Assembly: GCA_965203295.1 (NCBI GenBank)
Contig: CBDBCZ010000018.1
Coordinates: 2,272,001 to 2,336,000 of the forward strand
Source of the DNA: Nitrospirales bacterium
GTDB lineage: Bacteria; Nitrospirota; Nitrospiria; Nitrospirales; UBA8639
Direction of reading: 5' to 3'
Length of the DNA: 64,000 bases
Numbering within the stretch: position 1 is the stretch's first letter; each line of letters opens with the position of its first letter. Under the pieces are notes generated by a model. The model saw only the letters and a program-made list of their open reading frames with translations. It was not told the origin of the DNA and did no database searches. The position numbers and the translations under genes are program-made. Shown here piece after piece: positions 52,168 through 64,000 of the stretch.

Positions 52168-53011
52168 TACAAGTAGTTGTGCTCGCTTCGCTCGCACAAC
52201 TACTTGTGTTTGTTGAACTCGCTCGCTGCGCTCGCTCTATACAGATAGAGATTAAAGATGTAATCTGCATGTGATTTGTTGGTTTGTAGGGTACATTTAG
52301 CTAGTAGTGTTGCTGGCAGACTGAAGTGTGGAGACAGCGCTACAGAGAAGACTACAATCAGCTGTAAAACAGTTTAGGCATGCTGGGACTACAGCGTAGC
52401 TCTTCACAGCCATAGCCTAGCTACATATCAAGTGAATGGCACTGATTTTATTCTCAGCATGGCTACTTGCATGTTCACCACATTCTAACCAGAGGCAGTG
52501 ACTCAGAGGAGAGACTACAAACAGCTGCTTGACCAAACAGGCGAGCTAGCACTGTAGCCTAGCTATACCGCAGGCTACATGCAGGCGAACGGCACCGACT
52601 CCATTTAATGCACATCGACATGGTTAGCCTAGCATAGCAGTTATATCTCTGCTTGGCTTTCACTTACAGCTAGGACTATACCGCAACTAACCTTTGTGTT
52701 AAAGTGCCTGACATCGTGAGACTAAGTCTTGTAGTCGCTGGAAAGAGCTAGCATCTTCTCGCACTTCACATACAGACACGTGGTACTTTGACCTGTGACC
52801 GTGAACTGGTCACAGGTCGAAGGTGCATCCGGGAGCGCGCGCATGCGGCTTCCGTTTCCGTTTTTCACACGTACGCACGGACGGACGGACGAACGGACGG
52901 ACGGACGGACGGACGGACGGACGGACGGACGGACGGACGGACGGACGGACGGACGGACGGACGGACGGACGGACGGACGAACGGACGAACGGACACAACC
53001 AGGCGTAATAA
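52168..53011 (-). mobile_element. Helentron/DINE-like element with (GTCC)n microsatellite at about 52877-52995
   Basis: Microsatellite near the 5' end; terminal hairpin acaagtagttgtgc-tcgcttcgctc-gcacaactacttgt. Confidence 0.6.
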
Positions 53012-53727
53012 TAGATGGCAATCAGGATGGTACTGGTTAATTAAACATGTGGTTGCTCTTTCTCTTATCCTCTGACTGGAGGTCTTGCAAGCTCCGCCTG
53101 TGTATGTGGGTGCGTGGTCAATGATATAAGCGTTATGGCCGCCACATGATATATATATTATAAGCGACTGCACAGAAGCAGTGAACTACAAACATGCTAG
53201 CTATGTAGTGTAGTACAGTCTTCATTCTTTTTTGAGTACTGCTTTGCATATACAGCACCTGGTGATGCTACACAACTGAAGTAGTTGTCATGCAGGATAT
53301 TCATTGTCACTGAACTGTTTCTACAGGGTGATAGTGCTTTCACTTTATAAAGAAACTATGGGGCATTGTAGCCCTTTGTGGTTGAATTTTCAATAGCACC
53401 TTTTACTCTACAATACAGCTTGCTAGATTTACATGTAGGTTCTTATCATTAGAGGCTTGAAATAATTATTGCTGAGAATAATAGCAAGACATTAGCATAA
53501 AGCATGATTCTAGAGTAGTAGCAAACCTCATCGTTTATTGGTGGCGTGTGCCAAGATGAGTGGGCCAGCCCTGCCCTCCCACCGGCAATGCAAGAGGACT
53601 GGCAATAGTTTTCTTTGGTCGAGTGGCTAGCTAGCACTCTATGATAGTATCAATAGCGTCTGATCAAGTGATCGGTGTATTAGTGTCATCATACTTGTCT
53701 TTCCTAGAATGCTCACTTTATTAATAA

Positions 53728-54175
53728 TTTTTACCAGCCGGAGCGCGCGCAGCGCGCGGTCGGCTGGTACTAAGATTACTTTACGTTTTCCGCGTCTGTT
53801 TGTTTGTCTGTTTGTGCGTCCGCACTTATCACGTGCGCAATATATTACGTCATACGTTACTATGCAACTGCAGTGTACAGCAGCGTTTGGAGGTTTGCAG
53901 GCCAAGCTACAGCAAATGAAGGTAGTTTTGTGTTACCTAGATGGCGAAAACGTGGTAGGTAGCCGTGAAGATCCTGGTTTCTGGGCATAATATTATAGCT
54001 ACTAACTAGAGGCGCATGACGAAACTGCTGAGTCAGCACTTTCGCTGTACCGCTCTAGGAATATAGTTTCTCTGACTCTACAGCTGTAGATTAGTAGTTT
54101 GGCCTAAGCTGAGTTGTGTATATTGTACGGGAAAGGCATCCGGCTGGTTTTTTAGACATGAAATGTCAGACTTGT
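53728..54175 (+). mobile_element. Helentron/DINE-like non-autonomous element
   Basis: tttttaccagccggagcgcgcgcagcgcgcggtcggctggta 5' hairpin; ccggctggt sub-TIR; ends cagacttgt. Confidence 0.72.
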
Positions 54176-54397
54176 TGTTACAGTGTAGGAAAAGCTGTTA
54201 CTTGAGAAGTAATTTGAAATAAAAATCAAAGAATTGGAGAATAGCATTTTATCTCAAGCCTACTCTTCATAATTTGAGATAATGCTGATTGAGCTTGTAA
54301 ATTATTTTGCATATAACTGTATCAAAGCGTTCAACCCTGTATTAATCACCCTCTTGTGTTGATCCCATTATTTCTTTGTGGTGTCTGCCAGTCAATA

Positions 54398-56533
54398 CAG
54401 TACATACAGCGTGGCTTCCAGGAGCAGAGCAATCAAAGCCTGTGTACATGTATGAACAGCAGTAGATCAGCCAAATGTAATGACTTGGGAATGTTGTAGT
54501 GTACACTGCCTCCACTTGGCAGCCATTACTTGCATGAACAGTATGTCACTTTTGCTACATGTACAGGTATATGTCAGCCCATATACATGTAGTTTGTCCT
54601 TTCTTCCAATGGCTACAGTTCTGCTCTCTGTTCATGTGGACTCTTAGTAGTGATATTTATAAACGACAAGAAAGTACATCTGGCTACAATATGTGCGCCC
54701 AGGCTATCAACTTGGCAGTTTTCAATGCACATCACATTGAAATGGGTGCATGGTACTTTATTGGCTGTCGCGTGCATACACCCTGAAGCATTAGTCAAAG
54801 AGGCCATGCAATTTGTAGCAACACCTAAGAAAGAGGTATGTATGTATATGCAGATCTGAAGTTTACAATATAGTTGGATAGGTTACTGTATACAAATTAA
54901 CTGTTCCTAATTATACATTGCAGTATGTTTATGGTTACTAAGTAAGTGGAGATACTATTAATACCTTACACTTCCATGGACAGCATCTGTTAGGCTGCTA
55001 ACTAGCCAGTAGTTGTATTACACTAGCACGTTCACATACATACATACATACATACATACATACATACATACGTACATACATACATATGTGTACGTATGAT
55101 AGGTTTTGTGTGAACCACAGTGCAGCTACGTAGCATGTGTTGTGTACGTATTCTGCAGCAAGACAAAACGTTCCAAGGCCTATAGTCATAACTTACAGAT
55201 TCTAACTCCATTTTAATACTGGTGACATCTCTAGCTTAATAAGTCAGTTGTACTGATGGTACTTATCTATGTTCTAGCACAAGCCTTCAGCATGACTCTG
55301 ATTTACGTACTTCCATTCAGGATGATGAGCGGCTCCTGGCTGAAGTCGCCAGGGTTTTACTAGAGTATCGCCATTCATCCTCAGCCTTTTAAGTGTGTCA
55401 TATGACCAGTAGCTCGTAGTAAAACTGGAGGCACTTGGTGCACTCAAGAAACAAGCATAACCTGGGGTGTGAAGTATATTCCTTATCGAGATTCTAAGCT
55501 GACACGGTTGCTGCAGGACTGCCTTGGAGGCAACTGCAAAACCACCCTCATTGCTACCATCATACCTCTCTCTAGTATGTAGGTATGCATAGTCACTCAA
55601 TACACTCAAATTTGCCAAAAGGTACTGTCCATGTATATAACATAAGTGCAATGAATTATGTATGCAGCAATAACCCAGTATAAGATTTGAGGTACGCATG
55701 TACATACGTATATACCAGTATCCAGTACTTATTTGCACGTAATTACACCCACAATGAAAATGTAGCATGAGAATTTACTCTGGTGTAAGGGAAGCATGCT
55801 ATTATTATCCTCCAATAAATGTTACATGCAAATACGTAGCAGTCTGTTCACGTACATATTTCATACTGGTAACGGTTGAGTTGTACACGTATCTGCTGGC
55901 AGCCATCACTACTAGCACACCTAGTGTTGTGTTCAGAGTCACTGGCTAATTCTGTTTTCTTCAGATTGGTTTGTCTTTACACTTTTTAAAACATGCTTCT
56001 TATCAGTTCTTTCTTAGCAGTATTCTCTCTCTATATCCACATTTGAATACTCAGGGCAAAAAGTAGCATGGACACTGCGCAGATCAACAAGGACATGTCA
56101 CAGAAAGCATTGCTGTCAGCCTATCAGCAAGAGATCACAAAGTTGAAGCAACAGCTTGAACACAGGTTCATACTATTAGTAGGATAATTAAGATATAACC
56201 CACGTCAACAGCTAGAACACGTGTACAAACATATTAGCTATTTGCGATAATTGAGATACAGCCTACATCTACATATTGCTTCTATAGGGAGAATACTTTG
56301 TGTCATGAAGAAATTGAGAGGCTGTAAGAGAAAGGGAGGAAGCTTAAAAGGAAAAAAAATGAGAAGGGTGGAATTTAGACAAGTCTGCCGTGCTGAATCT
56401 ACTGCTGTTGAAACGATTCTCCCAATACCTCTCCTTCATAGGCAGCAGTTCTGGAGGCCCACCAACAGCTAATGAGTCAAGCTCAAGCTGAGAGAGATGC
56501 CTTGTATGGCAAGATAGCAGACCTGGAAAAAGT
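54398..56533 (+). pseudogene. Kinesin motor (C-terminal half), neck and coiled-coil exons, disrupted
   Basis: [30 protein letters not shown] (from 55472); exon 56055-56165 AKSSMDTAQINKDMSQKALLSAYQQEITKLKQQL; eroded NSSRS and VDLAGSE-like remnants; in-frame TGA at 55403. Confidence 0.85.
55035..55086 (+). repeat. (ATAC)n microsatellite
   Basis: Direct inspection. Confidence 0.9.
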
Positions 56534-56773
56534 GGTATATAAAAGCCATTTGTGAATGATGTATGTAGAGAAGTAACATACATATGTGTGATATGTGCAT
56601 ATGCATGTTTTTGCCAAATTACAACTGATCATGTTAGATGTATACGTATATACTACCAGCAACCAGCTGCAGGGTTTTCACGAACCATTTAATAGCCTGG
56701 TAGACTAATTGAGTCAACTCTTACCCATGTAGTTTGGATGCAGGGGATGCTAATATTTCGCAGGGCCTGAGAT

Positions 56774-57273
56774 TGTTCCTATTCTGTCTGACATTAACAT
56801 TATAAAGCTTTCCACTGAAAATCTTTGTAAAGGTTCAACCCCACCACTTGCTATGTACATACATAGCAAGTGAAAGATTAATATAATCACGAGTTGTCAT
56901 TAATTGCACATGCACTAAACTAATCTATCCCAGAAATTATATGGTAAACACCTACAACAACTCCATTGAAAATCAGTAGCACTTAAACTTACGTATTGTG
57001 GTACGTATAATAGAGAACATATTGCAATACAATCAGGTAAGCTGGCCACAAAAAAGAAATTGTACCCAAATTCTTTGACCCATACGTATATCCCAGCTCT
57101 AGTTTAGTCAGTTGATTTTGTATTGTGAGTCTGCACCATGCACTCCACCTTCAAGTCCATCTCCAGGCTGCAATTCCTCCCTTAGCTTGGTAAAGTACTT
57201 CCTCTCATTCTCCACCACTGCACTCTCATCTTGCAGCCTTTGTGAATGTACAGTGAAATAGAGTGATGTGTGT
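56774..57273. repeat. Diverged direct duplicate of 1-483
   Basis: See the feature at 1-483. Confidence 0.9.
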
Positions 57274-57893
57274 GAAAAAAGCCTTTCACCACAAAATATC
57301 TTACAGTGAAAAAGAAACATATGGAGAGAAGAAAAAAGACCAGTTTCGACCAAATATTAAGTGAATAACAGCTCAGCTCTTAGCTAATCCTATGTACAAA
57401 TAAACAGTAACCTTTTGCTCATACTAAAATCACAAACCTTACGATGGGAGCCCAGCCCTCGGCTTTGAGTCGCAGATCCAAGCCCTTCTCAGGTAGCACA
57501 AGCCGTCAATACTTACAAACCAGTCTCCTTATTATAATCTTCTTCTTAATTAATTAATTTCACCATCCCACCACCTCACCGCTTTGCCACACACTATCAC
57601 CTTTTCTCCAATTTCCCTACCATCACAGATAGGCAGTAATTAATACAACTATGTCCTATCTCAGGCACACTTTATGTAATGCATACCTAACTCTTTAAAT
57701 TGTATGTTTGTGGGAGGGGGGGGAATCAAAAGTAGATAACTAGTCTTTGTCGTTTTGAAGACGCGAGACTGTCATTATTTTCAGTATAAGTCTATGTACA
57801 TCAGTGTTTCCTTTGAAAATACTGCTGCACAGCTTTGAAGGTAAAAATACATATAAAAATGTTTTGTACATTTCCACTGATTGGATAAAATAA

Positions 57894-58054
57894 TTGGGGC
57901 GAGCGTGAGCGAGCCCCCCCCCTTAGTGGTATGAATGGCGATTTTGTCTGTACGTACGGATGCTTGGTCCTATATACCGCAAATACTTCAAAAATATCTA
58001 TTTCAGTGTCATGCCCTCGCTAACGCTCGCCCCACAATGCTCTGCATTTACTAG
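57894..58054 (+). mobile_element. Mini Helitron-type element, about 160 bp
   Basis: ttggggcgagcg...cgctcgccccacaatgctctgcatttaCTAG; absent from the inverted paralog near 59860; no TSD. Confidence 0.78.
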
Positions 58055-59448
58055 TAGTTATACATCTGTGTAGTTTGAGCAGTGGTTGAAAGTTTTGTTC
58101 CCTTAGTTCAATAGTTGTTGTGTTCATGGTTTGAAAATTAGGCTCTATCGCGAATTCTATTGCTGGTTAGGCCACACGTTTCTGAGGATTTTTCAAAGAG
58201 GATTAAAGGCATGAATGGCTGCAATCATGTACAGATAGAGAGAGGGACCAGTAAGGATTTACTGCATATGTACCTCATTGTGTTAAGCAAGCATAAAAGT
58301 CTCTGGAATCAACAATGACTATGGTGACAGCTAGTGCATTAGGTCACTGTGATATGTGGCATACATATAGAGCTTGTAATAGAGTCTTGAGATGATCCGA
58401 TTCACTTGGTAGAGACAATGATGGCCAAGTGTTCATGTTATTCTTCGTAACATCACCAGCTTCATACATTGTTTTACCACCCAGGGTAGGAAACCAGAAG
58501 GCAAAGTTACGTCAGAAAAATACCAGGCTGTACAAGAAGAGAGTAAGTCACAGTGTTACTGCATGAGCCTGTCAGTGCTTTTAAAAACAATAATCATCGA
58601 TCCTGCTATTACTGCCTAAGTTGTTATATACATACTGAGCTCTGGCATTCAGATTCTACAAATAGGCTATGCATACGTATTAGAGTGTACTAGTCATATT
58701 TGTACCGAGGCGTTATTGGCTCTATTATAGTGTTTCTGTAACTGCATCTACAAAGGTGATTACAATGTCATGTTGACTATTGTATAATGTTTATACTGCC
58801 GTGCAGGTAGTGAGCTCACACACATCACAAGCAGTGGCTGGAGTTCAACAGTATCCGAGCACCCAAATGAAAATTTACAAGCTCTACCAGAGAGTGCATC
58901 AGTGGTGATTTCAAATGCAGATACTGTGGACAACAACGTAAAGATTGATTTAGAAGCAGGAAGTCAAGATTCAAGTGGACGAGACTTTCTCTTTGTGACT
59001 ATTTACATGTAATGAAGCTGTCGTCACACGTTGAACTGTTCTTTTTTTTATTTCAAGTGAGTATGCCACATTTGTGCTGCATATACTTGCATGACACTGT
59101 AGAAGTCATATTTCAGATTTTGTACAATGTTTATCCTGCTATCACTGATAATTGTTGTATTATTATTTTATTACTCCTTTTGGGGCGAGCGTGAATTACT
59201 ATTTTTTTTTTGTATTACTCCTTTTATGGCGAGTTTTTATTTATTTATTTATACTATATGAGCCCCCCCCCCCCCCTTAATGTAGACCTGTGCGTGCGCG
59301 TGCGTCCGTGCAAGGTCTATTCCGTAAAAACGTTGGCATGCCTACAGAGAAAGGAGTGCGGCCGAATCCCATGTGTGCTGTGAAGAAGGACAGAAGGCTA
59401 CAAAGCGAGCGAGCACGGTGAAGGCGGAGACTGTTGGGTGAGTCGGCT

Positions 59449-59459
59449 CATAGATAATG
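59449..59459. mobile_element. 11-bp CATAGATAATG insertion, 7-bp TSD gtcggct (duplicated at 61246-61256)
   Basis: The inverted paralog at 63572-63578 has a single gtcggct and no insert. Confidence 0.9.
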
Positions 59460-61267
59460 GTCGGCTGAAGCTAGGGAGGCCGACGATCGAACGAACGCTT
59501 ACATATGTACGCAGGCGAGAAAGCAGGGCAGCAGCGCAAGGGCAGAGAATGATGAAGTCCCGCGATGCCATGAACATTGAGGAGAAGGTGGTATGTCTCC
59601 TGTGCAGAGTAGTCCCTCTCTGCAGTCGTGTTTATCAGTAGCTTCTGAACTGCCTTCAACGACTTGTCATCATCATTCACAACAGCAGCAGCATACACAT
59701 CCTTCAGCATCTATGCTCTTTGAAATATCTTCAGAAACGTGTGGCCTAACCAGCAATAGAATTTGTGCAGATAGAGCCTGATTTTCGAACCATGAACCCA
59801 ACAACTATTGAACCAAGGGAACAAAACTTTCAACCACTGCTCAAACTACACAGATGTACTATTACTTTATCCAATCAGTGGAAATGTACAAAACCAATTT
59901 ATATGTATTTTTACCTTTCCTTCAAAGCTGTGCAGCAGTATTTTCAAAGGAAACACTGATCTTTATGGACTTACACTGAAAATAATGACAGTCTCGCATC
60001 TTCAAGACGACAAAGACTAGTTATCTACTTTTGATTCCCCCCCCCCCCCCCCCCCACAAACATACAATTTAAAAGTTAGGTATGCATTACATAAAAGTGT
60101 GCCAGAGACAGGACATAGCTAACAGTTGCATTAATTACTGCTTATCTGTGATGGTAGGGAAATCGGAGAAAAGGCGATAATGTGTTATCTGTGATGGTAG
60201 GGAAATCGGAGAAAAGGCGATAATGTGTGGCAAAGTTACGTCAGAAAAATACCAGGCTGTACAAGAAGAGAGTAAGTCACAGTGTTACTGCATGAGCCTG
60301 TCAGTGCTTTTAAAAACAATAATCATCGATCCTGCTATTACTGCCTAAGTTGTTATATACATACTGAGCTCTGGCATTCAGATTCTACAAATAGGCTATG
60401 CATACGTATTAGAGTGTACTAGTCATATTTGTACCGAGGCGTTATTGGCTCTATTATAGTGTTTCTGTAACTGCATCTACAAAGGTGATTACAATGTCAT
60501 GTTGACTATTGTATAATGTTTATACTGCCGTGCAGGTAGTGAGCTCACACACATCACAAGCAGTGGCTGGAGCTCAACAGTATCCGAGCACCCAAATGAA
60601 AATTTACAAGCTCTACCAGAGAGTGCATCAGTGGTGATTTCAAATGCAGATACTGTGGACAACAACGTAAAGATTGATTTAGAAGCAGGAAGTCAAGATT
60701 CAAGTGGACGAGACTTTCTCTTTGTGACTATTTACATGTAATGAAGCTGTCGTCACACGTTGAACTGTTCTTTTTTTTATTTCAAGTGAGTATGCCACAT
60801 TTGTGCTGCATATACTTGCATGACACTGTAGAAGTCATATTTCAGATTTTGTACAATGTTTATCCTGCTATCACTGATAATTGTTGTATTATTATTTTAT
60901 TACTCCTTTTGGGGCGAGCGTGAATTACTATTTTTTTTTTGTATTACTCCTTTTATGGCGAGTTTTTATTTATTTATTTATACTATATACTCTTTTTGGG
61001 ACGAGCGTGATTATTTCTTTTGTATTACTAGTAATTTCCCTTTGAAATGAGCGCGAGTGAGCCCCCCCCCCCCTTAATGTAGACCTGTGCGTGCGCGTGC
61101 GTCCGTGCAAGGTCTATTCCGTAAAAGCGTTGGCATGCCTACAGAGAAAGGAGTGCGGCCGAATCCCATGTGTGCTGTGAAGAAGGACAGAAGGCTACAA
61201 AGCGAGCGAGCACGGTGAAGGCGGAGACTGTTGGGTGAGTCGGCTCATAGATAATGGTCGGCTGAAG

Positions 61268-61507
61268 CTAGGGAGGCCGACGATCGAACGAACGCTTACA
61301 TATGTACGCAGGCGAGAAAGCAGGGCAGCAGCGCAAGGGCAGAGAATGATGAAGTCCCGCGATGCCATGAACATTGAGGAGAAGGTGGTATGTCTCCTGT
61401 GCAGAGTAGTCCCTCTCTGCAGTCGTGTTTATCAGTAGCTTCTGAACTGCCTTCAACGACTTGTCATCATCATTCACAACAGCAGCAGCATACACATCCT
61501 TCAGCAT
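61268..61507 (-). pseudogene. Helitron Rep-domain fragment (also at 59471-59710 minus and about 63300-63470 plus)
   Basis: SLKAVQKLLINTTAERDYSAQETYHLLL matches the RepHel RD.SAQE..H.LL motif. Confidence 0.75.
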
Positions 61508-62639
61508 CTATGACCGTGGCTCGCATAAATTGATGGCCGCTAACTGGTGTCGAGGTTGCAGCTGTTCTGTCACTAGATACGCTTTTAGCTTGCCTTGTCT
61601 GCAAGTCTCAAATCACCCCCACAACTGAACGGCTGGGTAGATGTGCAAAGTGTGATGCCCTTCAAGCACTTAAACACTGTAAGAAACAGTGGAGTGCTAA
61701 GCTCACCTTTCTTTCATAACGCTCAATATTTTTGGCACCTCCAAAATCATTGATTCCGATCTGTGAAGGCCTTTTCCTTGACTCTGTTTGGTAATGGTTG
61801 CTGCCTTGTGCTCTTTATTACATGGAAGAAATAGGTTTACATGATGCTATAGATACATATGCATACTTAGCAACCACAGTTAGTTGTACAAGGCAATAAC
61901 TGTTACACTATGTTATAGCAGTTGTGATAGAGACCCCCACCAAACATTGTCAGGCATAGACAGTAGAGTAGAAGGACAGGGATTGGAAACTCAATTAACA
62001 CATAATATTGCACATTTTGTACTATTTGTATACTACTATTCTACTCTACTATGGTCAGGGAATCTAATTTACAGTGCAAGACTCTATGTCAAAGACTTTC
62101 AATGTCAATGGCTATCACTTAACGTCTAACAGCAAAAAATGTGTCAAAGACTAGCTACTTTATTTTGTAGGTCTACAGAGGTTTGCACTCGAAAAATACA
62201 AGGCCTAAGCTTACTCTAACGCTACAGATGAAAGGCTCATTACTGAGCAGGGCAAGCTTTCTGGTTTCTACTCTGCACAGTCACTTGCAAGCTTTTGCAA
62301 ACCTCTGTACCGACACGGGAGCTAATCTCGCGAGCCAGACTGTACGGGGGCTAGCTACGTACCCTGGCTGACCAAATTACAGTACAGAACGGGTACATAT
62401 TAGCGAGTACAATCTTACATGGCTTGAGATAGCTTTATTCTCCCGTTGTATGAGTGGCCAGCAAGTTTGAAATTCTCTCCACCCCTCCCTGACGAAGATT
62501 CCCGACGCTTCAGCGAGGCTTTGTCCATGACGACGCACAAACGCATTCATTGTGAATGAATGGGGGTGGGGCTGTCTAGACCTGTACCTGTACGCATACG
62601 CACAGTATTCAGAACTGTGTGGGCGCATAGATATTATCT

Positions 62640-63992
62640 ACTAGGTGAATGCAGACATAGATAATAGAGTATTATCATCTATTATCTATCTCTATTTTCT
62701 ATGATGCAGAGCACTGTGGGGCGAGCGAGTTCATCATGCATAACTGACTTTGATATGATCATCATGATAATATGGAGGGATGTAGTTGAGAAATGTTAGT
62801 GTGGTTTGTACTTAATGCCTGTGAATGCCAGTGAGGCTGTACGTCAAAGTAAACGGAGGGGCAGATAGGAGGGAAGTTTCGGTGACCTATTCATCTTGCA
62901 TGTGCAATGTAGACAAGTTAAGATTGGCTAATACGGCGCGGTCTGACGTATCACTTTCTTCTATGATCTCATGTTTGGACCCAGGTTAGTTCATTATGTA
63001 CATACAATAGGCACAGTGTCACATTGCAGATTGCTTCTGTTACTGTTTTTTCACACGCTCTTGCTGGCCTTTGCATGAACACGATCAGCCTAGTATGATG
63101 TGTGGGCTGGGTAGCCCCTCCACTGTTTCTTAAAGTTTTTCAGTGCTTGAAGAGCATCGCACTTGCACATCTACCCAGCTGTTCAGTTGTGGGGTGATTT
63201 GAGACTTGCAGACAAGGCAAGCTAAAAACGTGTCTAGTGACAGAACAGCTACAACCTCAACACCAGTTAGCGGCCACCAATTTATGCGAGCCACGGTCAC
63301 AGATGCTGAAGGATGTGTATGCAGCTATTGTGAATGACTATGACAAGTCGCTGAGGGCAGTTCAGAAGCTCCAGCATGATAAACGTTTAACACCACTGCA
63401 GAGAGGGACTACTCTGCACAGGAGACATGCCACTAACTTTCTCCTTCAACTACCAATGTTCATGGCATCGCGGGACTCAGTCATCATCCTCTGCCCTTGC
63501 GCTGCTGCCCTGTGTTTTCGCCGGCGTACATGTAAGCGTTCGTTCGATCGTTGGCCTCCTTAGCCGCGTTCAGCCGACTCACCCAACAGTCTCCGCCTTC
63601 GCCATGCTCGCTCGTTCTGTAGCCTTCTGTCCTTCTCCACAGGGGTTTCGGCCGCACTCCTTTCTCTGTAGCGCTGTCTGCGCCGTTCCAGTGTCCGCTG
63701 TCTACACAAGTCACTCATTCTCTCTCTCCAGAGTGCACGCTCATGTTGCAGAGGATTATAAGAGTAAAGCAGTTGAAACGCGTGACAACAGTATTAGAAA
63801 TAGGCATGCTAACGTTTTTACGGAATAGTCCATGCGCACGGACGGGGGGCCGGGGGGCTCGTTCGCGCTCGTTTCAAAAGGGAAATTACTACATGTAGTA
63901 ATAAAAAAGAGTATATAGTATAAAAAAATAAATAAAAACTCGCCATAAAGGGAGTAATACAAAAAAAAATAGTAATTCACGCTCGCCCCAAA
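62640..63992 (-). mobile_element. Helitron-type non-autonomous element, inverted paralog of about 60900-61700
   Basis: 3' end cgctcgccccacagtgctctgcat..tcacCTAG; 5' end ttttggggcgagcg; shared body with 61030-61690. Confidence 0.68.
62656..62703. mobile_element. 48-bp CATAGA...TCTATG insertion, 7-bp TSD atgcaga
   Basis: The related element end at 58041-58047 has a single atgcaga (empty site). Confidence 0.88.
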
Positions 63993-64000
63993 AGGAGTAA

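Larger units (their letters stand above)
58500..61512. repeat. Near-identical direct duplication 58500-59715 / 60229-61512 separated by an inverted copy of 57582-58200
   Basis: Copies differ by a few substitutions and one indel of about 70 bp; identical ORFs in the track (59012/60741, 59438/61235, 59471/61268). Confidence 0.92.

Noticed and set aside
52722..53173. Six overlapping RTDG/PSVR repeat ORFs
   Set aside because: Translations of a (GGAC)n microsatellite.
62626..62640. Additional CATAGA footprint
   Set aside because: Cut by the adjacent Helitron-type end; the second TSD is not visible, so it was not counted.

Overview
Eukaryotic (metazoan) genomic DNA, probably from a demosponge; that assignment is inferred from the repeat families and small GT-AG introns. 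The window is dominated by transposons, and I found no clearly intact host gene. Main contents: (1) a Penelope-like retroelement (RT pseudogene, 4466-6372, minus) whose inverted pseudo-LTR, carrying the GIY-YIG C-terminus and a minimal hammerhead ribozyme, is split by an 8.4-kb nest of Crypton-like elements, an intron-containing KDZ-type transposon and a full-length hAT; (2) many MITEs with readable TIRs/TSDs (hAT 8 bp, AcademH-like 9 bp, TA, TTAA), a 5'-truncated LINE, Helitron/Helentron derivatives and a decayed piggyBac transposase; (3) broken host-gene copies: NACA (frameshift, last exon missing), a kinesin pseudogene and an orphan PTS2-bearing first exon; (4) local direct and inverted duplications. 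The most notable signal is six independent 11-48 bp CATAGA...ATG (one ACG) insertions, mostly palindromic, each with an exact 7-bp target duplication and two with empty-site paralogs in the window. I interpret these as P-element-type excision footprints. All calls were made by eye; family names need database confirmation.
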